NCBI GenBank assembly: GCA_977017575.1
Contig: CDRNVI010000203.1
Span: 62,106 to 126,105, forward strand
Length of the DNA stretch: 64,000 nucleotides
Source: Paramoeba atlantica
Lineage: Eukaryota; Protista; Discosea
Direction of reading: 5' to 3'
In this document: positions 36,611 to 50,223 of the stretch, one piece after another
How the letters are laid out: each line of letters starts with the position of its first letter
Numbering within the stretch: position 1 is the stretch's first letter
Made by a program: the position numbers and the translations under genes
The notes under the pieces: model-generated
Databases searched by the model: none
Told to the model about the DNA's origin: nothing
The model's input: only the letters and a program-made list of their open reading frames with translations

Positions 36611-39600
36611 AGAATCGCAATGGAAATTATTATGAAACAAGTTTTAATAATTCAAACTTAAGTTTGAACTCGAGTTATAAAATTTTAATAACATTAATAT
36701 ATACTTTTAAATAACTTCTATAATTAATTCAAAAGAGAATTTATAATTATGAACTTATAAAACTATATTTAATGATTTAAAAATTTAATAACTTGTTCTA
36801 ATGTTTTCAATGTAATACGATATTTACGATATATGATCTTCTTTGTTCCAAAATCAGATGTTGATTATCGTACATTCTTATTACATGAAAACAAAGAACA
36901 GCTACGGATAAGAACTGAAATGCCTTCCATATACCGAGATACTTTAAATTGATTATAGATAAATTTTCTAAAATATTTAATTACAAAAATAATTTAAAAT
37001 ATTATTTACAAAACTTATAAATATAATCAATAAAAGTATACGTTATAAAGGAGCGCATAGTTCCTATCACTTTTAAATACGCTATTTTCCTTGATAAAAA
37101 AAATCACTGGAAAATTAGCAGTCTTTAAAGAACTTCGATACAAAAAAGTATCTTGACAATCTCTGTTGTTTTTGTTACAAAAAAATAGTAAATAACTTCA
37201 AACATATATACAAAATTAAACGTGTATAAAAAAAGAAAAACATACACTTTGATACATTCAATCAAAAAAGATCTCAATCATGTATCATTAACTTTAGCAT
37301 ATATGTAAGAAGTTCCTTGGTGATTAATTCTTTTACGGTTTTCATGTAATAAACATGTACGATAATCAACATCTGATTTTAACTCAAAGCAGAGTAATCA
37401 TCGTTAAATATCGTACAAAAGTTATTACAAAGAAAACTGCTAAGAATTATCATCAGGAAATTGCACTAAGATTTCCTTCAGAAATTCAAGTACAAATATC
37501 CGCTTAACTTATAAAAAGATATAAGTAGCTTCTATATATATTTTTTTATCGAAAAAACGATAAATAAATAAAGATCATGATAAGATTTCTACGAAATTCA
37601 ATCATGAAGCATACACTATAGTGTATGCAAATTATTACAAAAATAATAATTTTAAAATTTTTTTCTTCGTAATTCAAAGAAGAATTTACTTGAAAAAAAA
37701 TATAAATTTTAATGTTTTCGTGTTTAACTACAACTTAAATTTATATATATTTCGTTAAATTAAGAGAATAATTAAACGAAACTGTTACTCGGCAAAAATA
37801 AGGGAATTTTTGAGTAACAGACCGTTCAAATTGAAAACAAAAAAACAATTTGCACGGCAATTCTTGGGGTTTTTACGCCTCACGGCTTCGTGATCGGACT
37901 AAAGAGCAGTAGCGAGAGCAAGAAAGTTTGCAGGGGTAGTTGAGTTAGCTATTCCCGGTGGTAGCTAACCTCGATTCCTTAGTCTTTAGTTGTGGTAATT
38001 TGGGATAGCGAAGTAAAATTTTTAAAGTTCGCTATCGACAATTACTATTCTCTTTCATCTTTTGGCGTGCATTGCTAATTGATCCCAATAGACAATCACA
38101 TTCAGAAACGATCGTAGCTTTACCTATATGTATGTAAAATATCATACATAAGAATCAATAAGATCTGTTTCGTCTCCTCTTTTTTCTTTTAAAATAGCAG
38201 GACTAATCTATATTATATAATTATTATTCAACTTTTTTAATTATATTTTATCTGCTTGAACACCATAGTTCGATAAAAAATAAATAAAAAGATGAATAAA
38301 TAACTAAAAAATAAAGATAGACAAGAACAAGAATAGTTTAGTTTAATTCCGTGTTAAATCCTCAATCCTTAAGTCGGATTTGTCACTCCATATACGATCA
38401 AACTTTATTTACTTAAATTTTTACAAAGATAGTAAAATTAAAAGTATAAAGATGATCTAGCTCACCAGTTTTATTTAAATTAAAATCTTACACAATGATT
38501 TTATATTTATAAACTACTCGCTTCCATCGACCCTCGACTTTGTTGAAGTTTAAGTTTTTGAGTTTACGATATTAAAGAGAAAAAAAATATTATTGCGCTC
38601 TATTGGTGGGGCTTTCGTTAGATTATTAAAAGCTCAACGTCATTGTTCGCGTTTTACGTTACACTCCACAAGCTAAACAAGTGCGTTCTGCCTTAATAAT
38701 CACTACCCCTCACCAAAAGGTCGCAATAATATATGTTTTTAGCGTTTAAGATCTGGAGACCATTTTCAAAATAGAAAATGTCAATCGCTTTTTTCTTACG
38801 CAAGTACGTCAAAAAAATCGTTTTTCTCCATGAGCTAAAACGAGTTAGTTCGATCGGGCTTTTTTTGATGCTTTTTTTGGATCGCAGCTTCAACAAAAAA
38901 AAATTTCTGCTGCTGTTTTCCAACAAAGAAAATTATAAAAAAATAATTTTGTTGTTGTCAAATACGATCTTTTAAAATATAAAATTTTTTTTATCGTTAT
39001 AAATTTTATTCCAACATAAATTTGTTGGAAAAGTAACAGTAAAAAGTTGTTAATGAAAAAAAATAAATTCATTAACAACAACGTTGATGAAAAATATCAA
39101 TCAACGCTGTTAAATTTCCAACAAAATAATGTCAGAAAAAAATTTCTGCCGAAATAATTTAGCTGATTAAATTTTTATCACGACAAAAATATTTTTTTGT
39201 GGATCAATTAAATCGTTATTAACAAAAAAGTTATAACGCTGTTAATTTTCCAACCTAAAAATTTTTTATCTCTCAAAAAATATTTTTTGATGTTCAAAGT
39301 TATCGTTTGATAACAAAAAAGTTATAACGCTGTAACTTTTCCAACAAAAAAAATTTTTTTTCGTGTTAAAAATTATTTTTGATCAATAAAAATTATTTTC
39401 GATGTTCAAATTCATCGTTTGATAACAAAAAAGTTATAACGCTGTTAATTTTCCATCAAAAATTATTTTTTTTTGCTTCAAAAATTTTTTTTAACATAAA
39501 AATTTATAATGATGATTACAAAATAAGTGTTGCAACTCAAAAAAGTTGTTTAACACTGTTAATTTTCCATCAACATCATAATTTTTATTTAAAAATTTTA

Positions 39601-41148
39601 ATCAAGATCAATTTTATAAACATTTTTTGTAAAAAAATTAAAATTTTTACTGGAAAATTACGGTGAGATGCATAAAAATTAGATTTAAACATAAATTTAT
39701 GCAAACTACCGTTTAATTTCCAACAAAATTTAAATTTTTTTCATTCAAAAATAGATTTTTTTAATTTTTCGCCGACAAAATTGAAAAAAAATTGAATTTT
39801 CATTCAAAAAGTTGTAAAATTGAGTCTCAGGATGAAAAAGTGGAAAAAGACCACATTTTATCAATTCGACGCTAAATTAGCAAAAAATTTCAATTTCTAC
39901 ACCTAAATGACTGTAGAAATTGGTGTTTTCCTACAATTTTGTGGAAATCCCTGACAAACACTGCTAAATTTCCAACAAAAAGTCAATTTGCAGGTGCTGC
40001 CCGTGGATTTTCCAACAAAATACTAGCAAAACTACTCAAAATGCTATTTTTCCGGCAGAAAACCGTCAAAATCTGCTTTTTCTGGGCAGGAATGACAAAA
40101 ACGGCCCAAAAAAGGCCCTGTCATTTTGCCCAAAAACGCAGTATTTTTTCCTGTTCTGGCCTGCAAATTAGCGGATGTCCAAAGCCCCCAAAAAAAGTGA
40201 CTTGGACTCCGAGCCGACTCGAAAAGTCGTATTTTCCGGCAGAAACGAAAAAATATGCCACATTTTGTCCGACGATTATTTACAACTTTTTCTCGCATCC
40301 CATCATGGCGATTTTGCGGATCTGCAGGTTGGGAGGGAGCCAACTGCATTTTTTGGCCGTTTTGAACCCGTTTTGTAAAAAATCGCATATATAAACTCCA
40401 TAATTTCCCCTCAGAAATCTGCCACTTTTGGAGGCCAAAAAGTGTTTTGCAGAATCTCGAGGGCAAAATAGGAGTTTTTTGACCCGATTTTGTGAACAAA
40501 ACTGGCATCAAAAACTATTCCAAATGCTCCAATCCGAATTTCAGCTATTGAACACTAAAAATGCTGAAAATCGCTATTTCGCACTGGAATTCCGCCAAAA
40601 CTCCTTTTCAATGCGTATTTTGGGCGAGAAAACCGTCGATTTTATAATTTTTAAACTTTTTTTTGTATAATCTATCATTTTTAGCGCGGATTTCTATAAT
40701 TTCTCGCATAATTTATTAGTTTTATAGCGTTGTAGTTAAAATTTTCATAATTTTATCATCAAAGTCATCATTTTTCTATAATTTCAAACAAAATTATTAA
40801 AAAAAATGTTGTCTCAGACGAAAAAATTGCATGAAAGTTGTTAAACAACACTAAAACTAAAAAAATATCCCGCAGAAATTAAAAAACCGTGATAAAAATT
40901 TATAAATTCAAAAGAAAAATTTAAAAATCTTAAAAATTTATGATGAAATCATCTTCTTTGTACCAAAATCAGATGTAAACATCAAAAAATTTTTTTAAAA
41001 TCACTAGCTGAAACCATCGTCTATGGTTTCTTTTGTTAATGATAAATGTTTTCATTTCATTCATAACATTTTCACGTTAACTTCGTTCAACTAACTTGAA
41101 TTTTATTAAAATTATGATTCATAAAATAATTTTTTCATTGCTAAAAAT
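36611..41148. repeat. Unit 9, allele A
   Basis: 4538 bp; shares the SNPs ATAATCTATC and GATAAATG with unit 10. Confidence 0.95.
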
Positions 41149-44100
41149 AGAATCGCAATGGAAATTATTATGAAACAAGTTTTAATAATTCAAACTTAAG
41201 TTTGAACTCGAGTTATAAAATTTTAATAACATTAATATATACTTTTAAATAACTTCTATAATTAATTCAAAAGAGAATTTATAATTATGAACTTATAAAA
41301 CTATATTTAATGATTTAAAAATTTAATAACTTGTTCTAATGTTTTCAATGTAATACGATATTTACGATATATGATCTTCTTTGTTCCAAAATCAGATGTT
41401 GATTATCGTACATTCTTATTACATGAAAACAAAGAACAGCTACGGATAAGAACTGAAATGCCTTCCATATACCGAGATACTTTAAATTGATTATAGATAA
41501 ATTTTCTAAAATATTTAATTACAAAAATAATTTAAAATATTATTTACAAAACTTATAAATATAATCAATAAAAGTATACGTTATAAAGGAGCGCATAGTT
41601 CCTATCACTTTTAAATACGCTATTTTCCTTGATAAAAAAAATCACTGGAAAATTAGCAGTCTTTAAAGAACTTCGATACAAAAAAGTATCTTGACAATCT
41701 CTGTTGTTTTTGTTACAAAAAAATAGTAAATAACTTCAAACATATATACAAAATTAAACGTGTATAAAAAAAGAAAAACATACACTTTGATACATTCAAT
41801 CAAAAAAGATCTCAATCATGTATCATTAACTTTAGCATATATGTAAGAAGTTCCTTGGTGATTAATTCTTTTACGGTTTTCATGTAATAAACATGTACGA
41901 TAATCAACATCTGATTTTAACTCAAAGCAGAGTAATCATCGTTAAATATCGTACAAAAGTTATTACAAAGAAAACTGCTAAGAATTATCATCAGGAAATT
42001 GCACTAAGATTTCCTTCAGAAATTCAAGTACAAATATCCGCTTAACTTATAAAAAGATATAAGTAGCTTCTATATATATTTTTTTATCGAAAAAACGATA
42101 AATAAATAAAGATCATGATAAGATTTCTACGAAATTCAATCATGAAGCATACACTATAGTGTATGCAAATTATTACAAAAATAATAATTTTAAAATTTTT
42201 TTCTTCGTAATTCAAAGAAGAATTTACTTGAAAAAAAATATAAATTTTAATGTTTTCGTGTTTAACTACAACTTAAATTTATATATATTTCGTTAAATTA
42301 AGAGAATAATTAAACGAAACTGTTACTCGGCAAAAATAAGGGAATTTTTGAGTAACAGACCGTTCAAATTGAAAACAAAAAAACAATTTGCACGGCAATT
42401 CTTGGGGTTTTTACGCCTCACGGCTTCGTGATCGGACTAAAGAGCAGTAGCGAGAGCAAGAAAGTTTGCAGGGGTAGTTGAGTTAGCTATTCCCGGTGGT
42501 AGCTAACCTCGATTCCTTAGTCTTTAGTTGTGGTAATTTGGGATAGCGAAGTAAAATTTTTAAAGTTCGCTATCGACAATTACTATTCTCTTTCATCTTT
42601 TGGCGTGCATTGCTAATTGATCCCAATAGACAATCACATTCAGAAACGATCGTAGCTTTACCTATATGTATGTAAAATATCATACATAAGAATCAATAAG
42701 ATCTGTTTCGTCTCCTCTTTTTTCTTTTAAAATAGCAGGACTAATCTATATTATATAATTATTATTCAACTTTTTTAATTATATTTTATCTGCTTGAACA
42801 CCATAGTTCGATAAAAAATAAATAAAAAGATGAATAAATAACTAAAAAATAAAGATAGACAAGAACAAGAATAGTTTAGTTTAATTCCGTGTTAAATCCT
42901 CAATCCTTAAGTCGGATTTGTCACTCCATATACGATCAAACTTTATTTACTTAAATTTTTACAAAGATAGTAAAATTAAAAGTATAAAGATGATCTAGCT
43001 CACCAGTTTTATTTAAATTAAAATCTTACACAATGATTTTATATTTATAAACTACTCGCTTCCATCGACCCTCGACTTTGTTGAAGTTTAAGTTTTTGAG
43101 TTTACGATATTAAAGAGAAAAAAAATATTATTGCGCTCTATTGGTGGGGCTTTCGTTAGATTATTAAAAGCTCAACGTCATTGTTCGCGTTTTACGTTAC
43201 ACTCCACAAGCTAAACAAGTGCGTTCTGCCTTAATAATCACTACCCCTCACCAAAAGGTCGCAATAATATATGTTTTTAGCGTTTAAGATCTGGAGACCA
43301 TTTTCAAAATAGAAAATGTCAATCGCTTTTTTCTTACGCAAGTACGTCAAAAAAATCGTTTTTCTCCATGAGCTAAAACGAGTTAGTTCGATCGGGCTTT
43401 TTTTGATGCTTTTTTTGGATCGCAGCTTCAACAAAAAAAAATTTCTGCTGCTGTTTTCCAACAAAGAAAATTATAAAAAAATAATTTTGTTGTTGTCAAA
43501 TACGATCTTTTAAAATATAAAATTTTTTTTATCGTTATAAATTTTATTCCAACATAAATTTGTTGGAAAAGTAACAGTAAAAAGTTGTTAATGAAAAAAA
43601 ATAAATTCATTAACAACAACGTTGATGAAAAATATCAATCAACGCTGTTAAATTTCCAACAAAATAATGTCAGAAAAAAATTTCTGCCGAAATAATTTAG
43701 CTGATTAAATTTTTATCACGACAAAAATATTTTTTTGTGGATCAATTAAATCGTTATTAACAAAAAAGTTATAACGCTGTTAATTTTCCAACCTAAAAAT
43801 TTTTTATCTCTCAAAAAATATTTTTTGATGTTCAAAGTTATCGTTTGATAACAAAAAAGTTATAACGCTGTAACTTTTCCAACAAAAAAAATTTTTTTTC
43901 GTGTTAAAAATTATTTTTGATCAATAAAAATTATTTTCGATGTTCAAATTCATCGTTTGATAACAAAAAAGTTATAACGCTGTTAATTTTCCATCAAAAA
44001 TTATTTTTTTTTGCTTCAAAAATTTTTTTTAACATAAAAATTTATAATGATGATTACAAAATAAGTGTTGCAACTCAAAAAAGTTGTTTAACACTGTTAA

Positions 44101-45686
44101 TTTTCCATCAACATCATAATTTTTATTTAAAAATTTTAATCAAGATCAATTTTATAAACATTTTTTGTAAAAAAATTAAAATTTTTACTGGAAAATTACG
44201 GTGAGATGCATAAAAATTAGATTTAAACATAAATTTATGCAAACTACCGTTTAATTTCCAACAAAATTTAAATTTTTTTCATTCAAAAATAGATTTTTTT
44301 AATTTTTCGCCGACAAAATTGAAAAAAAATTGAATTTTCATTCAAAAAGTTGTAAAATTGAGTCTCAGGATGAAAAAGTGGAAAAAGACCACATTTTATC
44401 AATTCGACGCTAAATTAGCAAAAAATTTCAATTTCTACACCTAAATGACTGTAGAAATTGGTGTTTTCCTACAATTTTGTGGAAATCCCTGACAAACACT
44501 GCTAAATTTCCAACAAAAAGTCAATTTGCAGGTGCTGCCCGTGGATTTTCCAACAAAATACTAGCAAAACTACTCAAAATGCTATTTTTCCGGCAGAAAA
44601 CCGTCAAAATCTGCTTTTTCTGGGCAGGAATGACAAAAACGGCCCAAAAAAGGCCCTGTCATTTTGCCCAAAAACGCAGTATTTTTTCCTGTTCTGGCCT
44701 GCAAATTAGCGGATGTCCAAAGCCCCCAAAAAAAGTGACTTGGACTCCGAGCCGACTCGAAAAGTCGTATTTTCCGGCAGAAACGAAAAAATATGCCACA
44801 TTTTGTCCGACGATTATTTACAACTTTTTCTCGCATCCCATCATGGCGATTTTGCGGATCTGCAGGTTGGGAGGGAGCCAACTGCATTTTTTGGCCGTTT
44901 TGAACCCGTTTTGTAAAAAATCGCATATATAAACTCCATAATTTCCCCTCAGAAATCTGCCACTTTTGGAGGCCAAAAAGTGTTTTGCAGAATCTCGAGG
45001 GCAAAATAGGAGTTTTTTGACCCGATTTTGTGAACAAAACTGGCATCAAAAACTATTCCAAATGCTCCAATCCGAATTTCAGCTATTGAACACTAAAAAT
45101 GCTGAAAATCGCTATTTCGCACTGGAATTCCGCCAAAACTCCTTTTCAATGCGTATTTTGGGCGAGAAAACCGTCGATTTTATAATTTTTAAACTTTTTT
45201 TTGTATAATCTATCATTTTTAGCGCGGATTTCTATAATTTCTCGCATAATTTATTAGTTTTATAGCGTTGTAGTTAAAATTTTCATAATTTTATCATCAA
45301 AGTCATCATTTTTCTATAATTTCAAACAAAATTATTAAAAAAAATGTTGTCTCAGACGAAAAAATTGCATGAAAGTTGTTAAACAACACTAAAACTAAAA
45401 AAATATCCCGCAGAAATTAAAAAACCGTGATAAAAATTTATAAATTCAAAAGAAAAATTTAAAAATCTTAAAAATTTATGATGAAATCATCTTCTTTGTA
45501 CCAAAATCAGATGTAAACATCAAAAAATTTTTTTAAAATCACTAGCTGAAACCATCGTCTATGGTTTCTTTTGTTAATGATAAATGTTTTCATTTCATTC
45601 ATAACATTTTCACGTTAACTTCGTTCAACTAACTTGAATTTTATTAAAATTATGATTCATAAAATAATTTTTTCATTGCTAAAAAT
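41149..45686. repeat. Unit 10, allele A
   Basis: 4538 bp; near-identical to unit 9. Confidence 0.95.
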
Positions 45687-48600
45687 AGAATCGCAATGGA
45701 AATTATTATGAAACAAGTTTTAATAATTCAAACTTAAGTTTGAACTCGAGTTATAAAATTTTAATAACATTAATATATACTTTTAAATAACTTCTATAAT
45801 TAATTCAAAAGAGAATTTATAATTATGAACTTATAAAACTATATTTAATGATTTAAAAATTTAATAACTTGTTCTAATGTTTTCAATGTAATACGATATT
45901 TACGATATATGATCTTCTTTGTTCCAAAATCAGATGTTGATTATCGTACATTCTTATTACATGAAAACAAAGAACAGCTACGGATAAGAACTGAAATGCC
46001 TTCCATATACCGAGATACTTTAAATTGATTATAGATAAATTTTCTAAAATATTTAATTACAAAAATAATTTAAAATATTATTTACAAAACTTATAAATAT
46101 AATCAATAAAAGTATACGTTATAAAGGAGCGCATAGTTCCTATCACTTTTAAATACGCTATTTTCCTTGATAAAAAAAATCACTGGAAAATTAGCAGTCT
46201 TTAAAGAACTTCGATACAAAAAAGTATCTTGACAATCTCTGTTGTTTTTGTTACAAAAAAATAGTAAATAACTTCAAACATATATACAAAATTAAACGTG
46301 TATAAAAAAAGAAAAACATACACTTTGATACATTCAATCAAAAAAGATCTCAATCATGTATCATTAACTTTAGCATATATGTAAGAAGTTCCTTGGTGAT
46401 TAATTCTTTTACGGTTTTCATGTAATAAACATGTACGATAATCAACATCTGATTTTAACTCAAAGCAGAGTAATCATCGTTAAATATCGTACAAAAGTTA
46501 TTACAAAGAAAACTGCTAAGAATTATCATCAGGAAATTGCACTAAGATTTCCTTCAGAAATTCAAGTACAAATATCCGCTTAACTTATAAAAAGATATAA
46601 GTAGCTTCTATATATATTTTTTTATCGAAAAAACGATAAATAAATAAAGATCATGATAAGATTTCTACGAAATTCAATCATGAAGCATACACTATAGTGT
46701 ATGCAAATTATTACAAAAATAATAATTTTAAAATTTTTTTCTTCGTAATTCAAAGAAGAATTTACTTGAAAAAAAATATAAATTTTAATGTTTTCGTGTT
46801 TAACTACAACTTAAATTTATATATATTTCGTTAAATTAAGAGAATAATTAAACGAAACTGTTACTCGGCAAAAATAAGGGAATTTTTGAGTAACAGACCG
46901 TTCAAATTGAAAACAAAAAAACAATTTGCACGGCAATTCTTGGGGTTTTTACGCCTCACGGCTTCGTGATCGGACTAAAGAGCAGTAGCGAGAGCAAGAA
47001 AGTTTGCAGGGGTAGTTGAGTTAGCTATTCCCGGTGGTAGCTAACCTCGATTCCTTAGTCTTTAGTTGTGGTAATTTGGGATAGCGAAGTAAAATTTTTA
47101 AAGTTCGCTATCGACAATTACTATTCTCTTTCATCTTTTGGCGTGCATTGCTAATTGATCCCAATAGACAATCACATTCAGAAACGATCGTAGCTTTACC
47201 TATATGTATGTAAAATATCATACATAAGAATCAATAAGATCTGTTTCGTCTCCTCTTTTTTCTTTTAAAATAGCAGGACTAATCTATATTATATAATTAT
47301 TATTCAACTTTTTTAATTATATTTTATCTGCTTGAACACCATAGTTCGATAAAAAATAAATAAAAAGATGAATAAATAACTAAAAAATAAAGATAGACAA
47401 GAACAAGAATAGTTTAGTTTAATTCCGTGTTAAATCCTCAATCCTTAAGTCGGATTTGTCACTCCATATACGATCAAACTTTATTTACTTAAATTTTTAC
47501 AAAGATAGTAAAATTAAAAGTATAAAGATGATCTAGCTCACCAGTTTTATTTAAATTAAAATCTTACACAATGATTTTATATTTATAAACTACTCGCTTC
47601 CATCGACCCTCGACTTTGTTGAAGTTTAAGTTTTTGAGTTTACGATATTAAAGAGAAAAAAAATATTATTGCGCTCTATTGGTGGGGCTTTCGTTAGATT
47701 ATTAAAAGCTCAACGTCATTGTTCGCGTTTTACGTTACACTCCACAAGCTAAACAAGTGCGTTCTGCCTTAATAATCACTACCCCTCACCAAAAGGTCGC
47801 AATAATATATGTTTTTAGCGTTTAAGATCTGGAGACCATTTTCAAAATAGAAAATGTCAATCGCTTTTTTCTTACGCAAGTACGTCAAAAAAATCGTTTT
47901 TCTCCATGAGCTAAAACGAGTTAGTTCGATCGGGCTTTTTTTGATGCTTTTTTTGGATCGCAGCTTCAACAAAAAAAAATTTCTGCTGCTGTTTTCCAAC
48001 AAAGAAAATTATAAAAAAATAATTTTGTTGTTGTCAAATACGATCTTTTAAAATATAAAATTTTTTTTATCGTTATAAATTTTATTCCAACATAAATTTG
48101 TTGGAAAAGTAACAGTAAAAAGTTGTTAATGAAAAAAAATAAATTCATTAACAACAACGTTGATGAAAAATATCAATCAACGCTGTTAAATTTCCAACAA
48201 AATAATGTCAGAAAAAAATTTCTGCCGAAATAATTTAGCTGATTAAATTTTTATCACGACAAAAATATTTTTTTGTGGATCAATTAAATCGTTATTAACA
48301 AAAAAGTTATAACGCTGTTAATTTTCCAACCTAAAAATTTTTTATCTCTCAAAAAATATTTTTTGATGTTCAAAGTTATCGTTTGATAACAAAAAAGTTA
48401 TAACGCTGTAACTTTTCCAACAAAAAAAATTTTTTTTCGTGTTAAAAATTATTTTTGATCAATAAAAATTATTTTCGATGTTCAAATTCATCGTTTGATA
48501 ACAAAAAAGTTATAACGCTGTTAATTTTCCATCAAAAATTATTTTTTTTGCTTCAAAAATTTTTTTTAACATAAAAATTTATAATGATGATTACAAAATA

Positions 48601-50223
48601 AGTGTTGCAACTCAAAAAAGTTGTTTAACACTGTTAATTTTCCATCAACATCATAATTTTTATTTAAAAATTTTAATCAAAATCAATTTTATAAACATTT
48701 TTTGTAAAAAAATTAAAATTTTTACTGGAAAATTACGGTGAGATGCATAAAAATTAGATTTAAACATAAATTTATGCAAACTACCGTTTAATTTCCAACA
48801 AAATTTAAATTTTTTTCATTCAAAAATAGATTTTTTTAATTTTTCGCCGACAAAATTGAAAAAAAATTGAATTTTCATTCAAAAAGTTGTAAAATTGAGT
48901 CTCAGGATGAAAAAGTGGAAAAAGACCACATTTTATCAATTCGACGCTAAATTAGCAAAAAATTTCAATTTCTACACCTAAATGACTGTAGAAATTGGTG
49001 TTTTCCTACAATTTTGTGGAAACTCCTGACAAACACTGCTAAATTTCCAACAAAAAGTCAATTTGCAGGTGCTGCCCGTGGATTTTCCAACAAAATACTA
49101 GCAAAACTACTCAAAATGCTATTTTTCCGGCAGAAAACCGTCAAAATCTGCTTTTTCTGGGCAGGAATGACAAAAACGGCCCAAAAAAGGCCCTGTCATT
49201 TTGCCCAAAAACGCAGTATTTTTTCCTGTTCTGGCCTGCAAATTAGCGGATGTCCAAGTGCCCCAAAAAAAGTGACTTGGACTCCGAGCCGACTCGAAAA
49301 GTCGTATTTTCCGGCAGAAACGAAAAAATATGCCACATTTTGTCCGACGATTATTTACAACTTTTTCTCGCATCCCATCATAGCGATTTTGCGGATCTGC
49401 AAGTTGGGAGGGAACCAACTGCATTTTTTGGCCGTTTTGAACCCGTTTTGTAAAAAATCGCATATATAAACTCCATAATTTCCCCTCAGAAATCTGCCAC
49501 TTTTGGACGCCAAAAAGTGTTTTGCAGAATCTCGAGGGCAAAATAGGAGTTTTTTGACCCGATTTTGTGAACAAAACTGGCATCAAAAACTATTCCAAAT
49601 GCTCCAATCCGAATTTCAGCTATTGAACACTAAAAATGCTGAAAATCGCTATTTCGCACTGGAATTCCGCCAAAACTCCTTTTCAATGCGTATTTTGGGC
49701 GAGAAAATCGTGAATTTTATAATTTTTAAACTTTTTTTTGTATAATTTATCATTTTTAGCGCGGATTTGTATAATTTCTCGCATAATTTATTAGTTTTAT
49801 AGCGTTGTAGTTAAAATTTTCATAATTTTATCATCAAAGTCATCATTTTTCTATAATTTCAAACAAAATTATTAAAAAAAATGTTGTCTCAGACGAAAAA
49901 ATTGCATGAAAGTTGTTAAACAACACTAAAACTAAAAAAATATCCCGCAGAAATTAAAAAACCGTGATAAAAATTTATAAATTCAAAAGAAAAATTTAAA
50001 AATCTTAAAAATTTATGATGAAATCATCTTCTTTGTACCAAAATCAGATGTAAACATCAAAAAATTTTTTTAAAATCACTAGTTGAAACCATCGTCTATG
50101 GTTTCTTTTGTTAATGATCAATGTTTTCATTTCATTCATAACATTTTCACGTTAACTTCGTTCAACTAACTTGAATTTTATTAAAATTATGATTCATAAA
50201 ATAATTTTTTCATTGCTAAAAAT
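45687..50223. repeat. Unit 11, A cassette with C-type right half
   Basis: A markers up to ~48330; C-type T8 tract at ~48542 and C-type GC-richer domain. Confidence 0.9.
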